64,000 bases of DNA from Heptranchias perlo (Eukaryota), in the NCBI RefSeq assembly GCF_035084215.1, contig NW_027139573.1:62001-126000 (forward strand), given 5' to 3'. The position numbers and the translations under genes are program-made. Below, one piece after another: positions 39,491-50,634 of the stretch. Below the pieces are notes generated by a model, which saw only the letters and a program-made list of their open reading frames with translations, was not told the DNA's origin and did no database searches. Every line of letters starts with the position of its first letter. Within the stretch, counting starts at the first letter, position 1.

Positions 39491-39821
39491 TCTGAAGATG
39501 GAGCACGGGTGATATTCTGGGTGGTCCTGGCACGTACACCATTTAAGAGTTTGCAACTTCAGGAGAATATGGGAGGAGAATGGAAGAAAATATATCGTTC
39601 GTGGAATTAACTACTGAAAATGGATCTTGTTGGTCAGCAGGTGAGGAACCTGCTGTTCTCTGCTCGTCTCTGACATTGTCTGTCTCTGCTGGACTCTGTC
39701 GCTTTCTGCTGGTCTCTGCCAGTCCCTTCTGGTCTCTGATATTCTCTGCTGGTCACTGCAGAACTCTGCTGGTCTTACTGGTCTCTGCCGGTCACTGCAG
39801 GACTCTGCCGGTCTCTGCTCA

Positions 39822-40012
39822 TCACGGCAGGACTCTGCCAGTTTCTACTGGTCTCTGATGGGCTTTGCTGGTCTCTGATGGGCTCTGCTGGTCTCTCCTG
39901 TTTTGCCTCTTGCTCCAGAAGCCAATTCCGACGATGATGCCAAGAAGAGTGAGTGAGACGGCTGCTGCTCCAGTCCCAATCCCGACATTCGTGCCTCCTT
40001 CTGTCGCCCTCT
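39822..40012 (-). CDS. MHC class I-like gene exon 5: connecting peptide, TM and cytoplasmic tail
   Basis: aattcaatag acceptor in phase 1. Reads ERATEGGTNVGIGTGAAAVSLTLLGIIVGIGFWSKRQNRRDQQSPSETSKAHQRPVETGRVLP*: a hydrophobic span followed by a basic stop-transfer segment. Not in the supplied ORF track. Confidence 0.82.
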
Positions 40013-40354
40013 CTATTGAATTTTAAAATGATGTTGATCAATAATTATTTCCTAATGATTTCATTAGGTGCTTCATTAAGCTGCACACTGGTACAGTACA
40101 TGTCTGATAGGGTAATGAACAATTTAAAATGGATTGAAACATGCCTAACTGGCTCCATTACAAATAATAAGCAGAATACAACTAGTTACCATTCATTAAT
40201 CTCAGAAACAGGGCAGTTCCTGACTCGTTACAGAGTTTAAAGTGCAATTCTGTAGTCAGCAGATTAAATCAACACACGAACCATCTGATATCAGGGATAG
40301 AGGCTGCAGAATTACACACTGTAAAATAACAGTGCAATGCCAAGGAGGGGAAAC

Positions 40355-40490
40355 TATTGGCCATTTCTTTACACAGATGATGGTTGCACATTGCAATGTT
40401 TGGCCACAGGGAGTGGTTGAGACAGAGACCATTGTATGTTTTAAGGGAAGGGTGGCTAAACATTCGAAGCTCAGGGAGATACAGGGCAGT
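40355..40490 (+). mobile_element. Old CR1 3' fragment
   Basis: FFTQMMVAHCNVWPQGVVETETIVCFK, a degenerate FFTQRVV.WN.LP..VVEA motif. Confidence 0.6.
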
Positions 40491-42335
40491 GAGGTTAGTT
40501 TGGGATTGATACAGGACTGTGGGGAGAGAGTGGGGCAGTGGGATTAGTTTGGGATTGATACAGGGCTATGGGGAGAGAGTGGGGCAGTGGGATTAGTTTG
40601 GGATTGATACAGGGCTATGGGGAGAGAGTGGGGCAGTGGGATTAGTTTGGGATTGATACAGGGCTATGGGGAGAGAGTGGGACAGTGGGATTAGATTGGG
40701 ATTGATACAGGGCTAAGGGGAGAGAGTGGGACAGTGGCATTAGTTTGGGATTGATACAGGGCTATGGGGAGAGAGCGGGACAGTGGATTAGTTTGGGATT
40801 GATACGGGGCTATGGGGAGAGAGTGGGACAGTGGGATTAGTTTGGGATTGATACAGGGCTATGGGGAGAGAGTGGGACAGTGGGATTAGTTTTGGATTGA
40901 TACAGGGCGATGGGGAGAGAGTGGGGCAGTGGGATTAGTTTGGGAATGATACAGGGCTTTGGTGAGATTGGGGCAGTGGGATTAGTTTGGGATTGATACA
41001 GGGCTATGGGGAGAGAGTGAGGCAGTGGGATTAGTTTGGGATTGATACAGGGCTATGTGGAGAGAGCGGGACAGTGGGATTAGTTTGGGATTGATAAAGG
41101 GCTATGGGGAGAGAGTGGGACAGTGGGATTAGTTTTGGATTGATACAGGGCTATGGGGAGAGTGTGGGGCAGTGGGATTAGTTTGGGAATGATACAGGGC
41201 TATGGGGAGAGAGTGGGACAGTGGGATTAGTTTGGGATTGACACAGGGCTATGGTGAGAGAGTGGGGCAGTGGGATTAGTTTTGCATTGATACAGGGCGA
41301 TGGGGAGAGAGTGAGGCAGTGGGATTAGTTTGGGATTAATGCAGGGCTATGGGGAGAGAGTAGGGCAGTGGGATTAGTTTGGGATTGATACAGGGCTATG
41401 GGGAGAGAGTGAGGCAGTGGGATTAGTTTGGGATTGATACAGGGCTGTGTGGAGAGAGCGGGACAGTGGGATTAGTTTGGGATTGATAAAGGGCGATGGG
41501 GAGAGAGTGGGGCAGTGGGATTAGTTTGGGATTGATACAGGGCTATGGGGAGAGAGTGGGGCAGTGGGATTAGTTTGGGATTGATACAGGGCGATGGGGA
41601 GAGAGTGGGGCAGTGGGATTAGTTTGGGATTGATACAGGGCTATGGGGAGGGCGCGGGGCAGTGGGATTAGTTTGGGATTGTTACACGGCTATGGGGAGA
41701 GAGTGGGGCAGTGGGATTAGTTTGGGATTGATACAGGGCGATGGGGAGAGAGTGGGGCAGTGGGATTAGTTTGGGATTGATACAGGGCTATGGGGAGAGA
41801 GTGAGGCAGTGGGATTAGTTTGGGATTGATACAGGGCTGTGTGGAGAGAGCGGGACAGTGGGATTAGTTTGGGATTGATAAAGGGCGATGGGGAGAGAGT
41901 GGGGCAGTGGGATTAGTTTGGGATTGATACAGGGCTATGGGGAGAGAGTGGGGCAGTGGGATTAGTTTGGGATTGATACAGGGCGATGGGGAGAGAGTGG
42001 GGCAGTGGGATTAGTTTGGGATTGATACAGGGCTATGGGGAGGGCGCGGGGCAGTGGGATTAGTTTGGGATTGTTACACGGCTATGGGGAGAGAGTGGGG
42101 CAGTGGGATTAGTTTGGGATTGATACAGGGCTATGGGGAGAGAGTGGGGCAGTGGGATTAGTTTGGGATTGATACACGGCTATGGGGAGAGAGTGGGGCA
42201 GTGGGATTAGTTTGGGATTGATACAGGGCTATGGGGAGAGAGTGGGGCAGTGGGATTAGTTTGGGATTGATACACGGCTATGGGGAGAGAGTGGGGCAGT
42301 GGGGTTAGTTTGGAATTGAGTCAGGGCTATGGGGA
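40475..42335. repeat. G-rich minisatellite, 49-bp unit, ~38 copies
   Basis: Unit gatacagggctatggggagagagtggggcagtgggattagtttgggatt. Confidence 0.95.
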
Positions 42336-42514
42336 AAGGGCAGTCTCTCCAATTGAAATCCTCCCACTCAGCAGAGGCCAGGGGTTAAATCTGGGACCCT
42401 CTGGTCTGTCCGTCTTTGTTCCACATTGGGCAGGTCATTTACCAATTGTGCTATTGGGTAAATTGAAGGGGATTTTGCTCAGTGTAACACCGTGAAAGGT
42501 GGGCATGTGCTATT

Positions 42515-42970
42515 GAAAGAGAAAAGGAAGAGGTGTATTTATATAACACCTTTCATGAGCTCAGGATGTCTCAAAGCACTTTACAGCCAATTAAACTATT
42601 TTGAAGTGCAGTCACTGTTGTGATGTGGAAAACCCGGCAGCCAATTTGCGCACAGCAAGATCCCACGACCAGCAATGTGATAATGATCAGATCACTTTTT
42701 TTATATTCATGTTTATTGAGGGATAAATATTGGCCAGGACACTGGGGATAACTCTCCTGCTCATCCTCGAAATAATGTCATGGGATGTTTTACCTCCACC
42801 TGAGATGGCAGTTGGGGCCTTGACTTAACATCTCATCCGAAAGATGGCACCTCCCACAGTGCAGCTCTCCCTCAGTACTGACCCTCCGACAGTGCAGCTC
42901 TCCCTCAGTACTGACCCTCCGACAGTACCGCACTCCCTCAGTACTGCCCCTTTGACAGTGCAGCGCTCCC
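42515..42970 (-). mobile_element. Deu-domain SINE, 3' part, with a few 33-bp units
   Basis: Reverse-complement similarity to 38200-38670. Confidence 0.78.
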
Positions 42971-42974
42971 CCGA

Positions 42975-44320
42975 AGGATGCAGAGACATGGGGAAGGACC
43001 CTGCGGCACAGGGAATGACCTTGAGGCACAGGGAATGACCTTGAGGCACAGGGAATGACCTCGAGTCACAGGGAATGACCTAGAGTCACATGGGAGGATC
43101 CAGAGAAGTGGGGAAGGACGCAGAGACACAAGAAAGGACCCTGAGGCACAGCAATGACCCAGAGGCACGGGGAAGGATGCAGAGGCACAGGGAATGACCC
43201 TGAGACACAGGGAAGGACCCAGAGGCACAGGGAAGGATGCAGAGGAACGGGGAATGATCCAGAGGCACGGGGAAGGACCCTGAGACACGGGGAATGATGC
43301 AGAGGCACGGGGAATGACCCAGAGGCACGGGGAAGGACCCAGAGGCACGGGGAAGGATCCAGAGGCACAGGGAAGGATGCAGAGGTACGAGGAATGATCC
43401 AGAGGCACAGGGAAGGACCCAGAGGCACGGGGAAGGACCCAGAGGCACGGGGAATGACCCAGAGGCACAGGGAATGATCCAGAGGCACAGGGAATGACCC
43501 AGAGGCACAGGGAAGGATGCAGAGACATGAGGAAGGATGCAGAGGAACGGGGAATGATCCAGAGGCACGGGGAATGACCCAGAGGCACAGGGAAGGACCC
43601 AGAGGCAAGGGGAATGACCCAGAGGCACGGGGAATGACCCAGAGGCACAGGGAAGGACGCAGAGGCACGGGGAATGACCCAGAGGCACAGGGAAGGATGC
43701 AGAGGCACGAGGAATGATCCAGAGGCACAGGGAAGGACCCAGAGGCACAGGGAAGGATGCAGAGGCACGGGGAATGATCCAGAGGCACGGGGAAGGACCC
43801 AGAGGCACAGGGAAGGATGCAGAGGCACGAGGAATGATCCAGAGGCACAGGGAAGGACCCAGAGGCAGAGGGAAGGATGCAGAGGCACAGGGAATGATCC
43901 AGAGGCACGGGGAAGGACCCAGAGGCACAGGGAATGATCCAGAGGCACAGGGAATGATCCAGAGTCACAGGGAAGGACCCACAGGCACGGGGAAGGACCC
44001 ACAGGCACGGGGAAGGACCCACAGGCACGGGGAATGATCCAGAGGCACAGGGAATGACCCAGAGGCACAGGGAAGGATGCAGAGGAACGGGGAATGATCC
44101 AGAGGCACAGGGAATGACCCAGAGGCATGGGGAAGAATGCAGAGGAATGGGGAAGGACCCAGAGGCACGGGGAAGGACCCAGAGGCACAGGGAATGACCC
44201 AGAGGCACAGGGAATGACCCAGAGGCACGGGGAATGACCCAGAGGCACGGGGAAGGACCCAGAGGCACGGGGAATGACCCAGAGGCACGGGGAATGACCC
44301 AGAGGCATGGGGATGGACCC
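42975..44320. repeat. Minisatellite, 20-bp unit, ~67 copies
   Basis: Unit agaggcac(a/g)gggaa(t/g)ga(c/t)(c/g)c, in register on successive 60-nt lines. Confidence 0.95.
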
Positions 44321-44379
44321 TGTGGGCCCCCAAGACACGGGGAAAAGCCCTGAGGACCCCCCCCCGATTTGCCACTCAC

Positions 44380-44652
44380 CCCAGGGTACGTTGATCCCCC
44401 GCAGGAGGCTGGCGTGCTCGATATGACAGGAGTAGCTCTTCCTGTCGTCTCCACTCAGCTCGATCGTTTTCAGTACCCGATAGGTCATATCCTGGTTGGG
44501 CAGCACGTCACTGGATTCAATGTCAGCGACCTCCTCGCCATTCCCCAACCAAGTCACCTCGATGGCCCAGGGGTAGAACCCCGACACAAGGCAGGAGACC
44601 CTTAGCACTCTGTCCCCGTCACTCCTCTTCCCAATAAACACCTCAGGGGCGA
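44380..44652 (-). CDS. MHC class I-like gene exon 4: alpha3 Ig-C1 domain
   Basis: tctctcag acceptor, TGGG|gtgagt donor, 273 nt. VAPEVF..VSCLVSGFYP.AIEVTW..VLPNQDMTY..YSCHIEHASL..VPW. Confidence 0.95.
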
Positions 44653-44774
44653 CTGAGAGATTTAAACAAAGAGTACAATCGGTGACAAGTTCTCTTCTTT
44701 TGCCTTCATTTCTTCCCCGCCCACCACCATCAATTTTCTCGGCCTGAAGGCAGATGACTGATGCTGAGAGACAG

Positions 44775-44863
44775 CTGGAGTTCACCGGAGTTCAGCTGAG
44801 GGGTCACCTGATACAGGTCGTTAAGATTATGAAAGGGTTTGATAGGATAGACGTAGGGAAGAT
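44775..44863 (+). mobile_element. CR1 3' fragment, left part (continues at 46526)
   Basis: ctgaggggtcacctgatacaggtcgttaagattatgaaagggtttgatagg (LRG.LI.V.KIMKGFDR). Confidence 0.72.
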
Positions 44864-46525
44864 GGGCGCTAAATAGGGCCGTGTAGCGCCCGTTGTTTCG
44901 GCGCTAGACGGCCTCTCCGACATCCAAGATGACGTCTTGGATGCGCACGCACATTTCCAGCGTGACGTGCGCCAGACGCCATCTTGGTATAGGAGTTAGT
45001 GCAGGCGCAGATAACGAACACTGGAATCATGTAAAGTAGGGAGAAAATGGCTTCAATCAGTGTGCAACGCTGATTTAAAGTGACAGACACCATTTCGGGA
45101 CTTAACGCTCAACTCAACGCACAATCTTAACCCCGACCATCTGAACGTGTCTTACAGTTCCTGGAGGACCCCCCACCGGCTCTATTTAAAGGGACCATGC
45201 AGGATTTACAGGTTAGTGGCTGGATTATTGCTTCTGGCTGCCGAAACATTCATAACTGTTTTCGGAGGTCTCCTACATTTGAATACTAGGACGCGGGGAC
45301 ATCGCGAAACATTTAGAGCCAGGATGTGCAGGTGTGAAGTTAGGAAATGCTTCTTCACACAAAGGGTGGGAGACGTTTGGAACACTCTTCTACAGACGGC
45401 AGTTGATGCTAGCTCACTTGTGAATGTTAAATCTGAGATTGATAGATTTCTGTGAACCAAGGGTATTAAGGGATATGGGGCTAAGGTGGGTATATGGAGT
45501 TAGGTCACAGGTCCACCATGATCTCACTGAATGGTGGAACAGGCTCGAGGGGCTAAATGTCACTGCCACTTGCTGCCTCTTGATTTGCGCCACCTTCTCC
45601 TGTGTCTGGGTGATGTGCCTGTCATGGTTGAATAGCTGCCAGTGCGTGTGGCCTGTGAGTTGTGGGTGGGCGGCTTGAAACAGTGGTAATGTGTGAGGGT
45701 GAGAGGAAGCATCTGATGGGAAGAGTTGAGTACTGATGGAAAGAGTTTGTTGGTATGTGGGTGATGGGGGTGTCGTGTGTGGAGCAGTTGGTTGGAGACA
45801 CCACTTGACAGTTGACCTCACTCACCTTGACCACTCATGTCAAAGCATTGAACTTCTTCCTGCACTGCATCCATGTTCATGATGCTGTGAGCCTGGCATT
45901 GACTTCGTCCCCCGCTGCCTCCCACTGCCTTTTGAGGATATGTCTGGAGGGTCTCTGCCCCCCCCCCTCCCTTCCCCCCACTGTGGATATAGGATGTCCC
46001 CCCTTCTGTCCACCTCTTGCACCAAGGCCTCTAGTGCATCAGCAGAGAACCTTGGTGCACGCACTCTCACAGGGCTGGTACCAACTCAGATCGGCAGATT
46101 GGTGAGGTCTGTTGTGCAGATTGGAGGATGTGGGATTTAGTAGTGCGCAACCTTTATTCAATGTTTTAACATAACTCATCAGTGTGTAAACATAGGGATG
46201 GGACCTGCATTGTGTTTTACGTATGTGATGTCTGATCTCCGTTCAGACTCTGTGCAGACTGTTATTTTCAGCAAATAACAGGTACCAGCTACCTTTAAGA
46301 GATTTCCAACAAACATCCTCCCTTTAAGAGATTGGACTCCCTCTGGTGGTGGAAAGTGTGAATTGCATTGATTCCAGGTGCAAGGCCTGGGATGGAACGC
46401 TGATCGCAGGTCGGTCCTCGGGTGGGTCGAAACTTGCATCCTGCCTGCGCCGGGGTCATTGGACACGGGGTAAAGCACATCACGCTGCCCCCGCCCAAAA
46501 ACGGCCACATCCAAATTTTTCCCCC
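44864..46525 (-). mobile_element. PIF/Harbinger-like DNA transposon remnant with Myb/SANT-like pseudo-exon (~45826-46075)
   Basis: Interrupts a CR1 fragment and is flanked by GAT/GAT; imperfect GGG..CCC termini; minus strand RAPRFSADALEALVQEV..ILYP / KRQWEAAGDEVNA..TWMQCRKKFNAL with stops. Confidence 0.72.
45310..45560 (+). mobile_element. CR1 3' fragment nested in the Harbinger-like element
   Basis: RKCFFTQRVGDVWNTL..KSEIDRFL plus the gaatggtggaacaggctcgagggg tail. Confidence 0.8.
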
Positions 46526-46830
46526 GATGTTTCCACTTGTGGCAGAGGCCAGAACGAGGGGCCATAAATATAAGAGAGTCACTAATAAATCCAATGGGGA
46601 ATTCAGGAGAAACTCAGAGAGTGGTTTGAATGTGGAGCTCGCTCTCACAAGGAGTAGTTGAGGCGAATAGCACAGATGCCTTTAAGGGGAAGCTGGATAA
46701 ACACATGAGGGAGAAAGGAATAGAAGGATATGCTGATAGGGGGAGATGAAGTAGGGAGGGTGCAGCAATAACACTGGCATAGACCTGTTGGGCCGAATGG
46801 CCTGTTTCTGTGTTGTAAATTCCATGTAAC
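46526..46830 (+). mobile_element. CR1 3' fragment, right part
   Basis: MFPLVAEARTRGHKYK.., tail ttgggccgaatggcctgtttctgtgttgtaa. Confidence 0.8.
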
Positions 46831-47132
46831 GGGTCATGTTCCGGTAACGCTCACAAGCACCCAGTGTTCACGAGTGAGCCTTCACAGTGAGGACCAGGAC
46901 GCTATTCAACCATGGGGGTATTACAACTTAGTTGAACCCCGTTCTCACCCGATGTCAACACGCACGGGCTTTCCAGCCGGGGAGACTGAGTAGGTCATCG
47001 GATTTAGGTCACCTGCCCGATTATCTCCCCCATCCCGACCCCACCCACCCCAAGGGGTACTGAGGCCAGGTGCAGACTGGGAATATAAACTTTGCCTGTC
47101 CGGCACCTCCAGTTCCCGCTCGCTCGAGGTAC

Positions 47133-47408
47133 CTTTCCTCTGTAGTGCTTCTCGCCCAGCCCGAAGGTATATCAGCAGCCACTTCACACAGTCCTTTTCC
47201 AACAGGGTCTTGAAGTATTTGTTCATGAAGGTGTTCGCATTCCACCGGTCTGCTAAAGTCTGGAACTCTGGATTCACCGCAATCCAACTCAATCTGTCCT
47301 TGTCAAAAACATACGCGTCCTCCCCGTCATATCCGAACTTTATAAACCCCTCCGTGGAGTTGTCGCTGTTCAGTTCGCAGCCACACATTCCCTGGACAAA
47401 GAAAACAC
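47133..47408 (-). CDS. MHC class I-like gene exon 3: alpha2 domain
   Basis: gtttttccag acceptor, AAAG|gtacct donor, 276 nt. VFFVQGMCGCEL..FGYDGED..FDKDRLSWIA..RWN..LEKDCVKWLLIYLRAGREALQRK, with the C101-C164 pair. Confidence 0.95.
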
Positions 47409-47464
47409 CTGGAAAAACAACTCAAGTCAATTGAAAATGTGAAAAGGGTTCGATCGGGTACATA

Positions 47465-47665
47465 CAACAACAACAACTTGCATTTATATAGCGCCTTTCA
47501 CGGAGTAAAACATCACAAGGCACTTGACAAACAAAATTTGACACCGAGCCACATAAGGAGATATTAGGACAGGTGACCAAAAGCTTGGACAAAGAGGTAG
47601 GTTTGAAGGAGCATCTTAAAGGAGGAGAGAGAGGCGGAGAGGTTTAGGGAGGGAATTCCAGAGGG
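47465..47665 (-). mobile_element. L2 LINE 3' end
   Basis: aggcgctatataaatgcaagttgttgttg tail on the minus strand; similar to 10545-10750. Confidence 0.8.
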
Positions 47666-47975
47666 ACTATTTCCTCAGGTGGGGGAATCAAGATCTTAGA
47701 TTTAGAGCCAGGCCATTTAGGAGTGAAATCAGGAAGCACTTTATCACACAAAGGGGAGTGGGAATCAGGAACTCTCTCCCCCAAAAGGCTGTGGGATGCT
47801 GGCGGCCCATTGGAGCTTTCAAGACTGAGATTGTTAAATTTTTGTTAGGTAAGGGTATCGATGGATAGGAAGCAAAGGCTGGAAAATGGAGTTACGGTGC
47901 AGATTAGCCATGATATAAATGAATGGTGGAGCAGGCTCGAGGGGCTGAATGGCCTCTTCCTCTTTCGATGCTCCT
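47666..47975 (+). mobile_element. CR1 3' fragment
   Basis: Similar to 53650-53960 and 61440-61750. Confidence 0.75.
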
Positions 47976-48084
47976 AAGCAGCTGTGTTACGTTGAGGTTC
48001 CATTTATGTCCTGCTGTCTTGAACTTTAACCTTAGCAATAGGTTAGATTGTCACAAAGAGTCATCGATCTCTGGAATTTCAACG

Positions 48085-49368
48085 GGATGAGAACAGATCT
48101 GGTCCCGGGTAAATCGGAATCAAAGATTGTCAGGCAAAACTGTAATTGAACAGCGGGCGGCCTTTAAGGAGGAGATGGTTCGGGTACAGTCTCCACGAGG
48201 GGGAAAGGGAGGGCAACTAAAGCCAGAGCTCCCTGGATGACAAAAGAGATAGAGAGTAAGATGAAACAGGAAAAAGGGGCATATGACAGATATCAGGTTG
48301 ATAATACAAGTGAGGACCAGGCAGAATATAGAAAGTTCAGAGGGGAAGTGAAAAAGGAAATAAGAGGGGCAAAGAGAGAGTCTGAGAACAGACTGGCGGC
48401 CAACATAAAAGGGAATCCAAAAGTCTTCTATAGGCATCTAAACAGTAAATGGGTAGTAAGAGGAGGGGTGGGGCCGATTAGGGACCATAAAGGAGATCTA
48501 CACATGGAGGCAGAGGAGATGGCTGAGGTCCTAAATGAGTAATTTGCATCTGTCTTCACCAAGGAAGAAGATGCTGCCAGAGTCTCGGTAAAGGAAGATA
48601 TAGTTGAGATCCTGGATGGGCTAAAAATTGATATAGAAGAGGTACTAGAGGGCACAATTCTAAAAGGGTACAGGAACAGAGAGATCTGGGGGTATATGTG
48701 CACAAATCATTCAAGGTAGCAGGGCAGGTTGAGAAAGCGGTTAAAAAAGCATCCTGGATCCTGGGCTTTTTAAATAGAGGCATAGAGTACAAGAGTATGG
48801 AAGTCATGATGAACCTTTATAAAACACTGGTTCGGCCACAACTGGAGTATTGTGTCCAGTTCTGGGCACCGCACTTTAGGAAGGATATGAAGGCCTTAGA
48901 GAGGGTGCAGAATAGATTTACCAGAATGATTCCAGGGATGAGGGACTTTAGTTATGTGGATAGACTGGAGAAGCTGGGGTTGTTCTCCTTGGAACAGAGA
49001 TGGTTGCGAGGAGATTTGATAGAGGTGTTTAAAATCATGAAGAAACTATTCCCATTGGTGGAAGGGTTAAAAACCAGAAGTCATAGATTTAAGGTGATTG
49101 GCAAAAGAACCAAAGGTGACTTGAGGAAAAACTTTTTTACACAGCGAGTGGTTAGGATCTGGAATGCACGGCCCGAGGGGGTGGTGGAGGCAGATTCAAT
49201 CGTGGCCTTCAAAAGGGAACTGGATAAGTAATGAAAGGAAAAAATTTGCAGGGCTACGGGGATAGGGCAGGGGAGTGGGACTAGCTGGATTGCACTTGCA
49301 TAGAACCAGCACGGACTCGATGGGCCGAATGGCCTCCTTCCGTGCTGTCACCTTTCTGTGATTCGATG
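48085..49368 (+). mobile_element. CR1 LINE fragment with RT core deleted at ~48650; same family as 1-2438
   Basis: 48085-48650 closely matches 530-1070, then LYKTLVRPQLEYCVQFW..FFTQRVVRIWN and the 3' tail. Confidence 0.9.
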
Positions 49369-49817
49369 AACAAGTTGCCTGCATGCACAGTGTGTGTGGG
49401 TGGACTGCAAGTGTTGGAAAGGGGACTGGCGACCAATAGAAAGTATCTCGAGTTATAGGAGGTGTGTGGGGTTAATGGGGACCAGTGATATCAGACACTG
49501 TGATCTCCTGCACCTTCCTCGATTCCCTGGGGGGGGGGTCGCAGAGGAATCTCCCAGAGTGTTTGCTTTCCTAACTTGGCCTCAGTTTCATCCTCTTTCT
49601 TTGGCCTCTCCCAGGAGATTGTGTGACTGTGGGAGGGAGAGGGTGCTGATGGTGTGTGTGTGTGTGTTGTTTCACCGTGCCAAGACAGGACAGGCTTGAT
49701 GGACCCGCCTGTCCTGATTTCATCTGTTTGTTAGTAACCCTGGCAACGCAGCTTTAGAAGAGGAGAAACAAGTGGCAGCGATGATTTCATTCCAACGTTC
49801 AAGGTGCTCACATCAAA

Positions 49818-50632
49818 TCCCTCAGTGCTGCCCCTCCCTCAGTGCTGCCCCTCCCTCAGTGCTGCTCCTCCCTCAGTGCTGCCCCTCCCACAGTGCTGCC
49901 CCTCCCTCAGTGCTGCCCCTCCCACAGTGCTGCCCCTCCCTCAGTGCTGCCCCTCCCTCAGTGCTGCCCCTCCCTCAGTAATCCCCTCCCACAGTGCTGC
50001 CCCTCCCTCCCCTCAGTGCTGCCCCTCCCTCAGTGCTGCCCCTCCCACAGTGCTGCCCCTCCCTCAGTGCTGCCCCTCCCTCAGTGCTGCCCCTCCCACA
50101 GTGCTGCCCCTCCCTCAGTAATCCCCTCCCACAGTGCTGCCCCTCCCTCCCCTCAGTGCTGCCCCTCCCTCAGTGCTGCCCCTCCCACAGTGCTGCCCCT
50201 CCCTCAGTGCTGCCCCTCCCTCAGTGCTGCCCCTCCCTCAGTGCTGCCCCTCCCTCAGTGCTGCCCCTCCCACAGTGCTGCCCCTCCCACAGTGCTGCCC
50301 CTCCCTCAGTGCTGCCCCTCCCTCAGTGCTGCCCCTCCCTCAGTGCTGCCCCTCCCTCAGTGCTGCCCCTCCCTCAGTGCTGCCCCTCCCTCAGTGCTGC
50401 CCCTCCCACAGTGCTGCCCCTCCCACAGTGCTGCCCCTCCCTCAGTGCTGCACTCCCTCAGTGCTGCCCCTCCCACAGTGCTGCCCCTCCCTCAGTGCTG
50501 CCCCTCCCACAGTGCTGCCCCTCCCTCAGTGCTGCCCCTCCCTCAGTGCTGCACTGGGAGTGCCAGCCGAGATTTTGTGCTCCAGTCTCTGGAGTGGGTC
50601 TTGAACCCACAACCTTCTGAACTGGAGGTGAG
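49818..50632 (-). mobile_element. SINE head with a 17-bp minisatellite expansion (49818-50553)
   Basis: B-box-like gggttcaagaccc on the minus strand near 50600; unit cagtgctgcccctccct. Confidence 0.75.
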
Positions 50633-50634
50633 AG

